Source: an uncultured archaeon (GTDB taxonomy: Archaea > Thermoproteota > EX4484-205 > JAAOZP01). From it: a DNA stretch of 64,000 nt. Under the pieces are notes generated by a model, which ran no database searches, was not told the DNA's origin, and saw only the letters and a program-made list of their open reading frames with translations. Made by a program: the position numbers and the translations under genes. Shown one piece after another: positions 46,081 to 56,512 of the stretch. Position 1 is the stretch's first letter. The number at the start of each line of letters is the position of its first letter. The DNA lies in NCBI GenBank assembly GCA_938045545.1, contig CALIBN010000016.1, forward strand, positions 1 through 64,000, in the 5' to 3' direction.

Positions 46081-48512
46081 GTGATTGACATGGGAACCAT
46101 GTTTTCAGCCGGCCTATTCAAGGTTGAAACGGAAGAATCTGTTTGGAATCTCTCCTCCTCGCAGTGGCCCGGGTTTAAAATAGGATCGTTAACATGCCAC
46201 GTATGCTTAAGTGGGCAGAAGCATTACCCGGAGAAGCTTAGAGTAGAGAGGCTGGATAACGAGGAAGGCTTAAGAATGACTTGGACGTTTAAAAAGGCTG
46301 GTGCGAAAATAGTTCAGAAAATCACTAGCCGTCCGAAACATCTTGAAATAAGCAGCTTCTTCCAAAACCTTTCGACTAGGGCCGCCTGTCTCAGCGAGCT
46401 GACTCTACTCGAATCCGCGGAGCCGGGTGAAACCTCGTTTGGAACAAGACATGGGGAAGCCCGGGTTTACGAGGATGGTGGCTACTGGGGACTTGTCCGA
46501 AAGCTAAGCCGGAGCCCGAAGCCGAGTGGTGAAACGGCGGAGCAGGCTTCAAGCAGCGAGATCCAGGGGTCTTCTCAAGTCTGTTGGGAAGTCTACAACC
46601 CGTTTGACAGAATGGCTTTCTTAGCGGGTTTCCTAACGTTTGAAAGATGGCTAGGCATGGTTGAAACAAAGTTCAAAGCATCACTTGGAGTAATCGGGTG
46701 GAAGATGGGTTTTGACGCTGGCGACGTAATAGTCGACCCCAGGGAGACCGTTAAGCTGGAAGACGTTGCATTCATGCTTGGGCGGGACCCTTGGCTTCTT
46801 CTAGAAGAGTTTGGAAACCTGGTTAAAGAAAGATACTGCATTAGGCCTTTGGAAAGACCTCCGATAAGCTGGTGCAGCTGGTACCCCTTCCGCTTAAGCG
46901 TCAGCGAGGAACGCGTCTTGGATAACGCCAGGATCGGGGCTGAGCGTTTAAAGAGCCTTGGGCTTAAGAATATTCAGGTCGACCTAGGCTGGGAGAAGAA
47001 CCACCTGCCAAGCTCATACGATGAGAACGAGCAGTTCTCCCACGGGTTGAAATGGCTGTCGCAGCAGCTTGAGAAAATGGGTTTCAACCTGGGGGTCTGG
47101 AAGGCTCCTTTCACAATAAGCGAGCTCGACACGGTTGCTGTCAAACACCCGGAGTGGCTTCTTGGAGACGAGAAGGAGAAGCCAGCCCCATACTGGACAT
47201 GGTTCTGGAAGCCGTATGGAAAGGTTTACGCCCTGGATCTTACGCATCCAGGGGCACAGAACTATCTTCGTGAAGAAATAGCTTCAAATACGTCAAATAC
47301 TTCAGGCTCGACTTTATGGGTGGCCCGTGTAACCCGCGTCTACGCAACGGGTACAACCGGAGAATCGTAGCCGGAGGAGGTGTTGAGGCTGCACGACTAG
47401 GATGTAGAATAATCTCTGAAACCCTGAGGAGCATTGACCCGGAGTGCCTAGTGTTGAACTGCAACCCGTATGAGCCTTGCGGCGTAGGGTTTTTCCAGCT
47501 GCTCTACACCTGCAACGACACGGGTAACACCGGATACGTCACTTGGCAGTTTATGAAGGAAAACTATAGGTCTGTCGCGTCCCACCTGTGGAAAAACCAT
47601 AGGTGGGGGATAATCCAGCCCTCCTGTCTCTCCGTCGGCCTACCTGGCACACTTGAGGAGGCAAGGATCGCGCCACGGTAGCATACTTCTCGGGTGGCGA
47701 GATCAGTATTGGCGACAACCTTGCTACTCTGCCTGAAGACAGGTGGCAAGTCTTACTCTCAGTGCTGCCGCCAGCCGGAGCCTCAGCCAAGCCCGTGGAC
47801 CTTTTCGAACCAATTACCGTTGAACAATTGTCGTATGAAGATATGAGCCGCAGCGGTAGCGAGGCCACGGTAGGAAGCATTGAGGAAGACGGGGGGAACA
47901 TCTGGTGCAACAGGTGGAGACTGAATGGGACAGCTGGATCATCGCCAGCCTGTTTGCTTGGGAGCCTCCTAAAACTAAAGAGGGGAGGGAGCACCTGATA
48001 ACCAGGTTCAACATCCCGTGGAGCCTGCTGGGTTTAAACCCTCGCAGGAAATACTGGGTCTACGAGTTCTGGTCAGGCCAGTTCCTAGGGGAAACCCCTC
48101 GACACGTAGGCTGGACGGCTACACACATCCCGGGGACGCTGGGAAACTCCTATGGGATGCCATGGAAGAGTCTCTGAAAGTTACGTTCTTCGGCCTTGCG
48201 GTCAGAGTGTTAGCAATACGGGAAACGCGCCCACACCCTTGGATCGTTGGAACGAGTTTCCATTTAACAAGCGGCGGAGAATTGCGGAACGTAGCCTGGG
48301 ATGAGTCGAAAAAAGTTTTGAAGGGCGAGCTACAGCGGCCACCGGGCCAGCTGGGCTTCATAGTTGCAGCCGGCATCCCTACTAGACAGGTTAGAACCAT
48401 TGTTGACAACCGCCCAGCGATCGCGCTGCCGGGGGCTAATGGCTCCCTAGTAATCCCGATGATTTCCAGCGAGAACCCTTTACTCTGGGAAATACGCTTC
48501 GAAGAACAGTAA
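46081..48512 (+). pseudogene. GH36/GH27-like alpha-galactosidase, multiply frameshifted
   Basis: WCSWY, IQVDLGW, LDLTHP and YFRLDF motifs; indels near 47282, 47670, 47910 and 48100. Confidence 0.8.
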
Positions 48513-48597
48513 GCCAATCCTGTCAGATACTTTAAACGTCGGATGAGTAAGACGGGGCTCGAACGACATTGCATAATGGTGATCTTTCGAATCGCAG

Positions 48598-48622
48598 GTC
48601 GGGGTAGCCGAGCCTGGTAAGG
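48598..48622 (+). repeat. Imperfect copy of a tRNA-Ser 5' end (att-like remnant)
   Basis: GTCGGGGTAGCCGAGCCTGGTAAGG versus GTCGGGGTAGCCAAACCTGGTTAAGG at 51104. Confidence 0.7.
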
Positions 48623-48694
48623 TACAGTCATCTTAAGGTTTTTACAGCATGCTTACGAAGGATGTTTTAAGTTTTAGAAATAAGTTATGCTTAA

Positions 48695-49454
48695 ATGAGC
48701 CTCATGAGCATTAATAATGGGATGGTAAATCCCGAGCTCAGGAAACTTTTCGTCGATTCAATAGAGTACCTTAGAAAAATGGATTTCTTCAAGGATTACT
48801 CAAATCTATCCTCGGAGGAGATTTTCGACAAGATCCTTAGTGGGGAAATAGACTATGGGGACCAGTGGTTCATCGAGGAGTGGCCCGAGGAGGAGCGGAG
48901 GAAATTCAGTACTCAAGGGCAAATCTTGAGGGAGCTACTTAAAGGCGCGAAGAACACTGGATGAAGAAAAGCATTTACGAAGTGGATTTGGAGGTGGCGT
49001 CTTTCGATACCAAGAGGATCTTTATAGAGGATCCTAAGACGGTCGTAAGAAAGGGGATATGTAAGATGTTGCACATGAAGCTCGCGAGGATCTCCAGGGG
49101 AGCTTTCAATTCCAGGTACATTAAGGAGGAGTTGATAGAATGGGAGAAACCCCCTCCGGTGTTGAGGGCGGCGTTGGGGAAATGGTGTTCCCCTACGGTG
49201 GCTTTATCTTCAAGGTATGCTTTGAGTTCGGAGGGAAGGAGCATCTGGCCGAGTTCTACAATAACTGGAAATACCTTTACATGGTCCCGCTCATAGAGAG
49301 GATAAATGAGCTGATCAAGGATACCGGATATCAATATTACGGGTTGCATAATGAGGACATAATCTTAGTTGTCCTAAGGGAAGACGAGGCCGAGAAGCTT
49401 AAAAAGGAGAGGGGTTGGGCACTTTACTTGCCTCAAGTTAAGGCTCATGCTTAG
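48695..49454 (+). pseudogene. Conserved nuclease-partner protein, copy 3 (two frameshifts)
   Basis: NPELRKLFVDSIEYLRKMDFF, KPPPVLRAALGKWC and EAEKLKKERGW segments spread over three frames. Confidence 0.75.
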
Positions 49455-50879
49455 GTTTCTCCACAATGTTCTCTACAGTCTCCTCAATATCGTCTAAGGT
49501 GCATTTAACACCCTCTTTAAACTCAGTCTCGATAATTTTATTCAGGTTCTCAAGGCATATAGCTACCGGAATGCCAAACGCGGCTTCCCATAAATGCTTC
49601 CACTTATCCTCGGTGAAATAATTATTCAGATCTTTCTTTGCTCTGCTTAAGCTACGTTGATAATAATCGGATACGATCGTGGTCTTGACCTCAACTATCG
49701 CTACTCACTTCCCCTTATGGTAAACGTAGAAGTCCGGTCCCTCTGTCTCATATCCCTGGACGACCTTGAGCTCTTCCTTAGGTATTCCGGTCTTCCTAGA
49801 TACTACCTCCTTAACGTCTTCCTCTCGGTAAAATCTTGCATAATCCCAGCCGATTTCCCCAACCGGTCCTTTAACCCTTGGATCGTCTATCGAAAACCCT
49901 TTGTTAATTAGGCCCCCTACATCTTCAACCCTCACCACCAGAACCTTCTCGGGGTCCTCCAGGAATACCTCGTAGCGAGATGCGGCTTCCCCCACCCCCA
50001 TATAGTATTCTATCGTGAGCTTCTTTCTATCCACCTCGTATTTTGTGATTTTAATCCGCCTATATTTGCTGATCATTATCCTTGGAATGTATTCCTTGGA
50101 CTTCCTGTAGACCAGCTTGATTAGGTGCTCCTTACCTTTGTAATCCTTAATCGCGAAGGTGACGGCTGGTCCATGTTCCGATCTGTCGTAATGCGGGTTC
50201 CTCTCCAACGTCAATTTGCAAACCTCCTTCCCATCCACGACCAGCTTATATTCGCCTGAGCTGAATGCGATGTCGAAGGACGCATTCGCTTCCTTAAACA
50301 CGGTTTTAACGAACTCATGGGTGGTGATTTTGACGATCTTTATCTCAACCTCCTCACCACTCCGACCTATGTTGCTTGGAAGGTCGAACTCAAATGTCGG
50401 CCCATATTTCTTGTAAAATGTCCTTCTCTTGACCTCGATTTTCACTCAACATGATTCCCTCCAAGGTACTGCTTGAGTTGTTCGCTGGGTATTCTAATCC
50501 TCAAGTTATCTTTATTCCGCCTAAAAACGCATCTCACCTTAAGGCCCTCCGGGTAATTAGCGAGCTCGCTGGGCTCCTCCCGTGCTGGCTCTCCGCCCTC
50601 CCGCGCGCGCAAGACTCCAGCATCAGGCTTAGCTTGAGATATGCACCCGCCCTTGGGGGGGACGAACCTGCCCGACTTAACGCAGGCCGAGGCGAGCTGG
50701 CAGGCCCTGCATCTAAGAGTTAGCCCCACGATTTTCACCTTTCCTACGATACACTGGTAAACCAGGCATAAATTCCTCCTCGATGAGTGGCATCCAGTGC
50801 ATAATCCGAGCCTAAGGTAATCGCATTTGCGACAAGGCTTTCCGCACTTGAGGGGCCCGTGCGCGACTTGCATTCTCAT
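49438..50879 (-). pseudogene. Internally deleted cassette B gene: Cys-rich N-terminus joined to PD-(D/E)XK nuclease tip
   Basis: MRMQVAHGPLKCGKPCRKC homologous to 33195 onward; PDFYVYHKGK*VAIVEVKTT with premature TGA at 49705-49707. Confidence 0.75.
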
Positions 50880-51103
50880 GAACTCATCACCTTTTCTTTA
50901 AAAGTTTTAAAAAGCATGGGAAAATACACTAGGTATCGTCGGAAAGGGATTCGCCTCATCTAGGGTCTTTATAGAGTCGCCCAGCCTTCGTGGTTTCAGG
51001 TCGCCATTCTTACCACTGAGAGGGTCTCGTCGTACCTCAGGTATTTTTTTATAAACGAGGAGTAAAAGCTTTATTTGGCCTCTGCATCAACCTTACTTTA
51101 GAC

Positions 51104-51230
51104 GTCGGGGTAGCCAAACCTGGTTAAGGCGCGAGATGCGCGATGTACGCGAGCCTGCTAAGCTCGTGGCCCATGAGAGTTCCATGATGGAACCACGAGG
51201 GCCGTGCGGGTTCAAATCCCGCCCCCGACG
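51104..51230 (+). tRNA. tRNA-Ser(GCT) with two introns: 30/31 (51136..51153) and variable arm (51178..51199)
   Basis: CGCG-AG|A-TGC...GTA-CGCG-AG|C and CATG-AG|A-GTTCCA...TGGAAC-CACG-AG|G motifs; spliced product folds normally. Confidence 0.88.
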
Positions 51231-51461
51231 TTTTCCCCTTACAGTTATTGTTTCAGAAAAACCTGGTTGTTATCTCTTCCGATGATCTGTTTTACAGGTT
51301 TCTGGAACTTAGGCCGTTCTTCACGCGCGTTAATCGAGGGCCCTGCTTAATCTTATGGCTGGATGGTTTAACCTTGTTTTTTTGTCAGTATTCTCCCGTT
51401 GATTAAGCTGAAAAAAGTCGTTTTAATGTTTTAATACCTGTGACTCTGGTTTAAGCTCCGC

Positions 51462-54080
51462 ATGGAGAAAAGGAAGGAAAGGAAGGTTGTTAAGAGAGAC
51501 GGCAGGGTCGTGGATTTCGACCCTAACAGGATTAGGAACGCTATTGCAAAGGCAATGGCGAGTGTGAAACAGTATGATGAGAAGACTTTGGAGAAGGTTG
51601 TTAACTACGTGTTAAACGTTTTAAACGGGAAGTATGAGGCCGGGGAGACTCCGCATGTCGAGGATATTCAGGATGTGGTTGAGCTTGCCCTTATGAAGTT
51701 TGATCTTTACGATGTTGCTAAAGCCTATATTCTTTACAGGAAGGAGAGGGAGAGGGTAAGGGAGGAGAAGAAGGCTCTTCTTCAGAAAAGCTTTGTGGAC
51801 GAGGTTGATAAGGAGTTTTCTGTTAACGCGATCAGGCTGCTTGTGAACCGCTACCTTCTTAAAGATGAGAACGGTAAGCTCGTCGAGTCGCCTAAACAGT
51901 TGTTTCAAAGAGTAGCCTTAACCGTTGTGATACCGGATATTCTTCACGACCCGAGGGTGTTCTCTAAGGATGGAGGATTAACGGTGTTTCCGAGAGAGGA
52001 TTTCAACGCCAGCCACTATGCGAATAAGCTTGGCCTAGGAAAGAGCGGCAACGAGTATGCTGTCACCTGGAACGAGTATCATTTGGAACGCATGAAGGCT
52101 CTTTACGACGAGCTTAATTCTCAAGGCAGGATGAAGGTTTCTTGGAGCGGTTTTCTCAGAATGCTTCTTTCAGGCGAGTTTGAAAACTATTACGAGAATT
52201 TCAGGGCCTATTATGATCTTATGGTTTCTAAGAAGTTCATGCCAAATTCACCGACGCTGTTTAACGCTGGGACTAGGCTTGGCCAGCTTTCAGCTTGCTT
52301 CGTGTTGGATGTTGAGGACAATATCGAGTCTATTATGAATGCTGCAACCCAGGCGGCCATCATCTTCAAATCCGGTGGAGGCATTGGGATAAACTATTCT
52401 AAGCTGAGGCCCGCGGGCGACATTGTCTCAAGCACCTCAGGAGTGGCGAGTGGCCCCGTTTCATTCATGAGGATAATAGACACCGTCACAGACGTGGTTA
52501 AACAGGGAGGTAGGAGAAGGGGGGCGAACATGGGGATTCTCGAGGTTAACCATCCGGATATAGAGATGTTTATAACGGCCAAGTCTGAACGGGGGAGGCT
52601 TGAAAACTTCAACATATCTGTCCTCATAAATGATGATTTCTGGGACTACTTGGAGAAGGATGTACCATATCCGCTTGCAAACCCAAGGGATAGGAGGGTT
52701 TGGAAGACTATTCGTGCCAGAGACGTTTTCTGGAAGATTGCGGAGATGGCTTGGAGAACAGGCGACCCGGGTGTCCTCTTCTTGGAAAACATCAACAGGA
52801 GAAACATAATGGCGAAAAATAAGGGTCCAATAAAGTCCACTAACCCCTGCGGAGAGGAACCCTTGTATCCCTATGAATCCTGCAACCTGGGTTCGATAAA
52901 CCTGTATGCGTTCGTGAAAAGAAGTAGAGAAGAAGCTGTCTTCGACTGGGAGGAGTTTAGCCGAGTAGTTGGGATCGCCCTCAGGTTTCTAGACAACGTG
53001 ATAGATGTGAACAAGCTTCCTTTAAACGAGATAGAGCGTGCGACTAAGCTTACGAGGAAGGTTGGCCTAGGTGTCATGGGCTTGGCCGACTTACTTTTCG
53101 CCCTGAGAATACCTTACAACAGCGAGGAGGGCTTCAGGCTGATGGGCAGAATAGCGGAACACTTGACTTTCTACGCTATGAAGGAGTCTTGCATGCTTTC
53201 TAAGGAGCGCGGCGCCTTCCCGCTGTATGCTGAATCATCTTACCCTGACGGCGAGATGCCGATTGAAGGCTACTATCATAAGGACTGGCAGACTCTCCCC
53301 TGGAGCGACCTGCAGCAGGAGATAACAAGGTTTGGAATAAGGAATGCGGAGGTGACCACCATCGCTCCAACCGGCTCTATTTCCATGCTGGTTGACGTTT
53401 CCTCTGGGATAGAGCCCCAGTTTGCCCTAATATATGAGAAGAGGGTTAGCGTAGGAACATTCTATTACGTGGATGTTGAGTTTGAGAAAGCACTTAGGGA
53501 AAATGGTCTTTACGACGAGAAGACGCTTAAGCTGATTTCAGACAACGGCGGTTCGCTCGTGGGCCTCGACTTACCCGAGGAGCTACGCCGCGTGTTCCTA
53601 ACCGCATACGATATACCCTGGTGGGACCATGTGAGGGCTCAGGCAGAGTTCACGAAATGGATTTGCGCCGCGGTCAGTAAAACCATAAACATGCCGAACT
53701 GGGTTACTGTAGAGGATGTTCAGAAGGCTTTCACTCTGGCACGTGCAATGAGAGTAAAGGGAGTCACCATTTACCGTGACGGCTCCCTCCCGTATCAGGT
53801 CTTAGTCACACCTTCCTCGAAACTAGGAAAGTATGCGAAGATCGTGGACAACTCGACTATTGAAATCGCAAGGACCCTGGGAGTCGAAATAAAAGATTTC
53901 GGAGAAGAATCGGAAGGCAAGACATCAAAAACGGCAGCCGCCTCGGAGAAACCTGTTCTAATTCTTAACGAGAATAATAAGTCTGACCAATGTCCGAGCT
54001 GTGGCAGTAAAAGGCTCATCATGGAGGGCGGGTGCCTAACCTGCATCGACTGCGGTTGGAGCGTATGCCCCATTTCCTAG
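51462..54080 (+). CDS. nrdJ: Class II (AdoCbl) ribonucleotide reductase with ATP cone
   Basis: VVKRDG, PNSPTLFN, QLSACF, TNPCGE, SCNLGS and TIAPTG motifs; C-terminal Zn ribbon. Confidence 0.95.
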   Translation: MEKRKERKVVKRDGRVVDFDPNRIRNAIAKAMASVKQYDEKTLEKVVNYVLNVLNGKYEAGETPHVEDIQDVVELALMKFDLYDVAKAYILYRKERERVREEKKALLQKSFVDEVDKEFSVNAIRLLVNRYLLKDENGKLVESPKQLFQRVALTVVIPDILHDPRVFSKDGGLTVFPREDFNASHYANKLGLGKSGNEYAVTWNEYHLERMKALYDELNSQGRMKVSWSGFLRMLLSGEFENYYENFRAYYDLMVSKKFMPNSPTLFNAGTRLGQLSACFVLDVEDNIESIMNAATQAAIIFKSGGGIGINYSKLRPAGDIVSSTSGVASGPVSFMRIIDTVTDVVKQGGRRRGANMGILEVNHPDIEMFITAKSERGRLENFNISVLINDDFWDYLEKDVPYPLANPRDRRVWKTIRARDVFWKIAEMAWRTGDPGVLFLENINRRNIMAKNKGPIKSTNPCGEEPLYPYESCNLGSINLYAFVKRSREEAVFDWEEFSRVVGIALRFLDNVIDVNKLPLNEIERATKLTRKVGLGVMGLADLLFALRIPYNSEEGFRLMGRIAEHLTFYAMKESCMLSKERGAFPLYAESSYPDGEMPIEGYYHKDWQTLPWSDLQQEITRFGIRNAEVTTIAPTGSISMLVDVSSGIEPQFALIYEKRVSVGTFYYVDVEFEKALRENGLYDEKTLKLISDNGGSLVGLDLPEELRRVFLTAYDIPWWDHVRAQAEFTKWICAAVSKTINMPNWVTVEDVQKAFTLARAMRVKGVTIYRDGSLPYQVLVTPSSKLGKYAKIVDNSTIEIARTLGVEIKDFGEESEGKTSKTAAASEKPVLILNENNKSDQCPSCGSKRLIMEGGCLTCIDCGWSVCPIS

Positions 54081-54094
54081 AGGAGGCGTGACCC

Positions 54095-54604
54095 TTGGGT
54101 AAAGTATTCCTCTATACTGGAACAGGAGCGGGTAAGACGACTAACGCGATAGGTTTAGCCGTCAGGGCAGTCGGCCACGGTTTGAAAGCCGTGATAATAC
54201 AGTTTATGAAGGGATGGAGGAACACCGGAGAATACTTGATAGCTGAACGCTTACAGCCCGAGTATGAGATTCATCTGGCTGGAAGAGAAGAGTGGGTGGA
54301 CCTTAAAAACCCGTCTGAGGAGGACAAGAAGATGGCTGGAAAAGGCATTAACCTAGCTAGGGAAAAACTAAAGGAGAAGCCGGCTCTCCTAGTGTTAGAC
54401 GAGATAGGCCTAGCCGCCTTTATAGGCTTAGTTTCTGTCGAAGACGTTTTAAAGCTGTTAGACGAAGTGCCTGAGGAAACAGACGTGGTTTTAACAGGCA
54501 GGTACGTGCCCCCTGAGCTCGTCAACAGGGCTGACTTCGTGAATCTGGTGGTGGAGGTTAAGAGCCCGAGAGAACTCTACACTAAAATAGGCATAACACA
54601 TTAA
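54095..54604 (+). CDS. cobO: Cob(I)alamin adenosyltransferase (CobO/BtuR type)
   Basis: YTGTGAGKTT, IQFMKG, VLDEI and VLTGR motifs. Confidence 0.9.
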   Translation: MGKVFLYTGTGAGKTTNAIGLAVRAVGHGLKAVIIQFMKGWRNTGEYLIAERLQPEYEIHLAGREEWVDLKNPSEEDKKMAGKGINLAREKLKEKPALLVLDEIGLAAFIGLVSVEDVLKLLDEVPEETDVVLTGRYVPPELVNRADFVNLVVEVKSPRELYTKIGITH

Positions 54605-55383
54605 ACACTGTTCTCCAGACTCGATGAATTAAAGCTACTTGCATACTCCAGAGCCCCCTTTAAGGCTTTGCAGTTAATATTTTTAAAATCGCCAAACTCG
54701 TTTTGCAAAAGTGTTCCACTTATTAGCAGGAATAGGGTGTTCTCCACATCGAGCCGCCGGTTAAAGGCTTTTGAAAACTACCAAATACAGAAGGTTAAAT
54801 AGCTTAGACGGTTGAATGAGAGTGGTTGGCTCGCAACAATCGTGTTTCCCAAGAAATTCTTCATCCGTAATGGATCTTTTAATCGTTTCAACTTATGGTT
54901 TTTGAAAACGGCCTGATTTCAAGCTACTAACCTGAAAAATCCTGTTGAATCTGATGATCTCTCAGATTTAGCGTTGCTTGAAAATAGGGTGCAGGGTTGC
55001 TTTAAAAATAAATATTCTGATGTTGAGCATTTTACAAATTAACTGCTCCATGGTAAAAATGTTTTCTGAAAACAGCTCATCCCAGTGTAGCCATCGTCAA
55101 TCAAGCTCGATTCACAGCCTGTTTCACAAACAACTTTTATTCTTTAAAGAAACTCGTAGCTGCATGATTTTCTCCGGGAGTAGCCAGAAGCATCGCCGTT
55201 AATAAAGACGAGAAGAGAGGAATATCGTTTTTACAGGAGAATGATAGCCGTAAGAATCCGTGTTCCCTTAAAAAAGAAAAAGCTTTTTGAATCGTCGAAC
55301 ATAGGAAAGAAGGGCCACTTTTTAAACGGCAAAATAGATTTAATTATAGGATAAAATTTATATTTTACCATTTTTCAATCCTG

Positions 55384-56466
55384 TTGGAAACGAAGAGCAC
55401 TTACTACGTGTTAGTTGAGGAGGAAGAGCCCATTACGATAGGTGTTGAAATAGAATTCTATACTATTTTAAATAGCGAGGGAAAAATATCGAGACGCGTT
55501 ATTATCCCGGATGTAAAGCCTTCAAAGACAGGAGAAAGGTTTACCGTTGACAAGAGCATAGGCACGGAATATGTTTCCAAGCCCTTTGAAAACGTGAGAG
55601 AAGCCTTGCAAACCATAAGCGCTGGACTCGAGAAGTATGCTGATTCACCCATAGCTGACAACGTTCTTCCACTGCCAGTAGGAGGATGGAACGACAGGTT
55701 TGCAGGCACCCATTTCCACCTGGGTTTTAAGGATAGGGGCTTAAGCAGAGAAGAAGCTGGAAGCCTGGCAAGCTACATTCACGATCATATTCCTTTTATC
55801 ATAGCGGTTTCCGCCAACTCGCCTGTCTGGAGGAGAAGAATAACACCATACTCGTCTAACAGGCTGCTGCGCGGCGGCGGTAAATACTGCATCCCTGTTG
55901 CCAAAGGAGAGTTAAACCAGAATCATTACAGGGAGATGAATTTCAACCCTGAGAATAAGCATAAACCTTCAACGCTTGAACTCAGAGTTTGCGACAGCAA
56001 TATTCCACCTTATGTTTGCACCGTCATGACTATACTCAGGATCCTGGCTTTAGCTTGGAGAAATGGTAGAGATCCTTGCAACGAGTTGACGCATGAAGCA
56101 TACCTTGAAACAAGGGCTGAGGCTGCGCGGAGAGGCGCCGCTGCGAAGCTCTATTGGAATGGAAACCATGTTACTGTAGGCGAATATTTAACACTTCTAC
56201 TCGACAATTACTGTGAAGAAGCCGGCATGCTGGACATTCCCAAGGATGTCGTCGAAGTCTTTAACCTTCTTGAAGCAAAGTTGAATAACGCGGAGGCTCT
56301 TAGACATACCGCGGTAAAACTGCAGAGGAGATTCGGGGGAAACTGGGAGGGAAAAATGGCTTTTAAACTGGCTTCCGCTTTGAAAACCCTGTTGAAAGGG
56401 GGGTCGCTTAGAGACTATCACGAGGCGCTTGGGCTAAGGGTCTCAAGCTGGTTTAAAAACGCATAG
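55384..56466 (+). CDS. Glutamate-cysteine ligase family 2-like carboxylate-amine ligase
   Basis: TIGVEIEF, GTHFHLG, AVSANSP and TLELRVCD motifs. Confidence 0.8.
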   Translation: METKSTYYVLVEEEEPITIGVEIEFYTILNSEGKISRRVIIPDVKPSKTGERFTVDKSIGTEYVSKPFENVREALQTISAGLEKYADSPIADNVLPLPVGGWNDRFAGTHFHLGFKDRGLSREEAGSLASYIHDHIPFIIAVSANSPVWRRRITPYSSNRLLRGGGKYCIPVAKGELNQNHYREMNFNPENKHKPSTLELRVCDSNIPPYVCTVMTILRILALAWRNGRDPCNELTHEAYLETRAEAARRGAAAKLYWNGNHVTVGEYLTLLLDNYCEEAGMLDIPKDVVEVFNLLEAKLNNAEALRHTAVKLQRRFGGNWEGKMAFKLASALKTLLKGGSLRDYHEALGLRVSSWFKNA

Positions 56467-56512
56467 ATTTATCAGCCCGAGGAGCATTTTTAAAACGGAA
56501 TCCGAGGAGGAA

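Noticed and set aside
49705-49707. In-frame TGA in the nuclease as possible selenocysteine
   Set aside because: The paralog at ~10193 has TTA (Leu) here; simple nonsense mutation
51900-52220. Insertion in NrdJ as an intein or intron
   Set aside because: No intein termini (C/S...HN) and no BHB; resembles the ordinary archaeal NrdJ insertion
54605-55383. Long AT-rich intergenic region as a replication origin
   Set aside because: Only weak CTCCA-type partial matches; no repeated ORB and no cdc6 nearby
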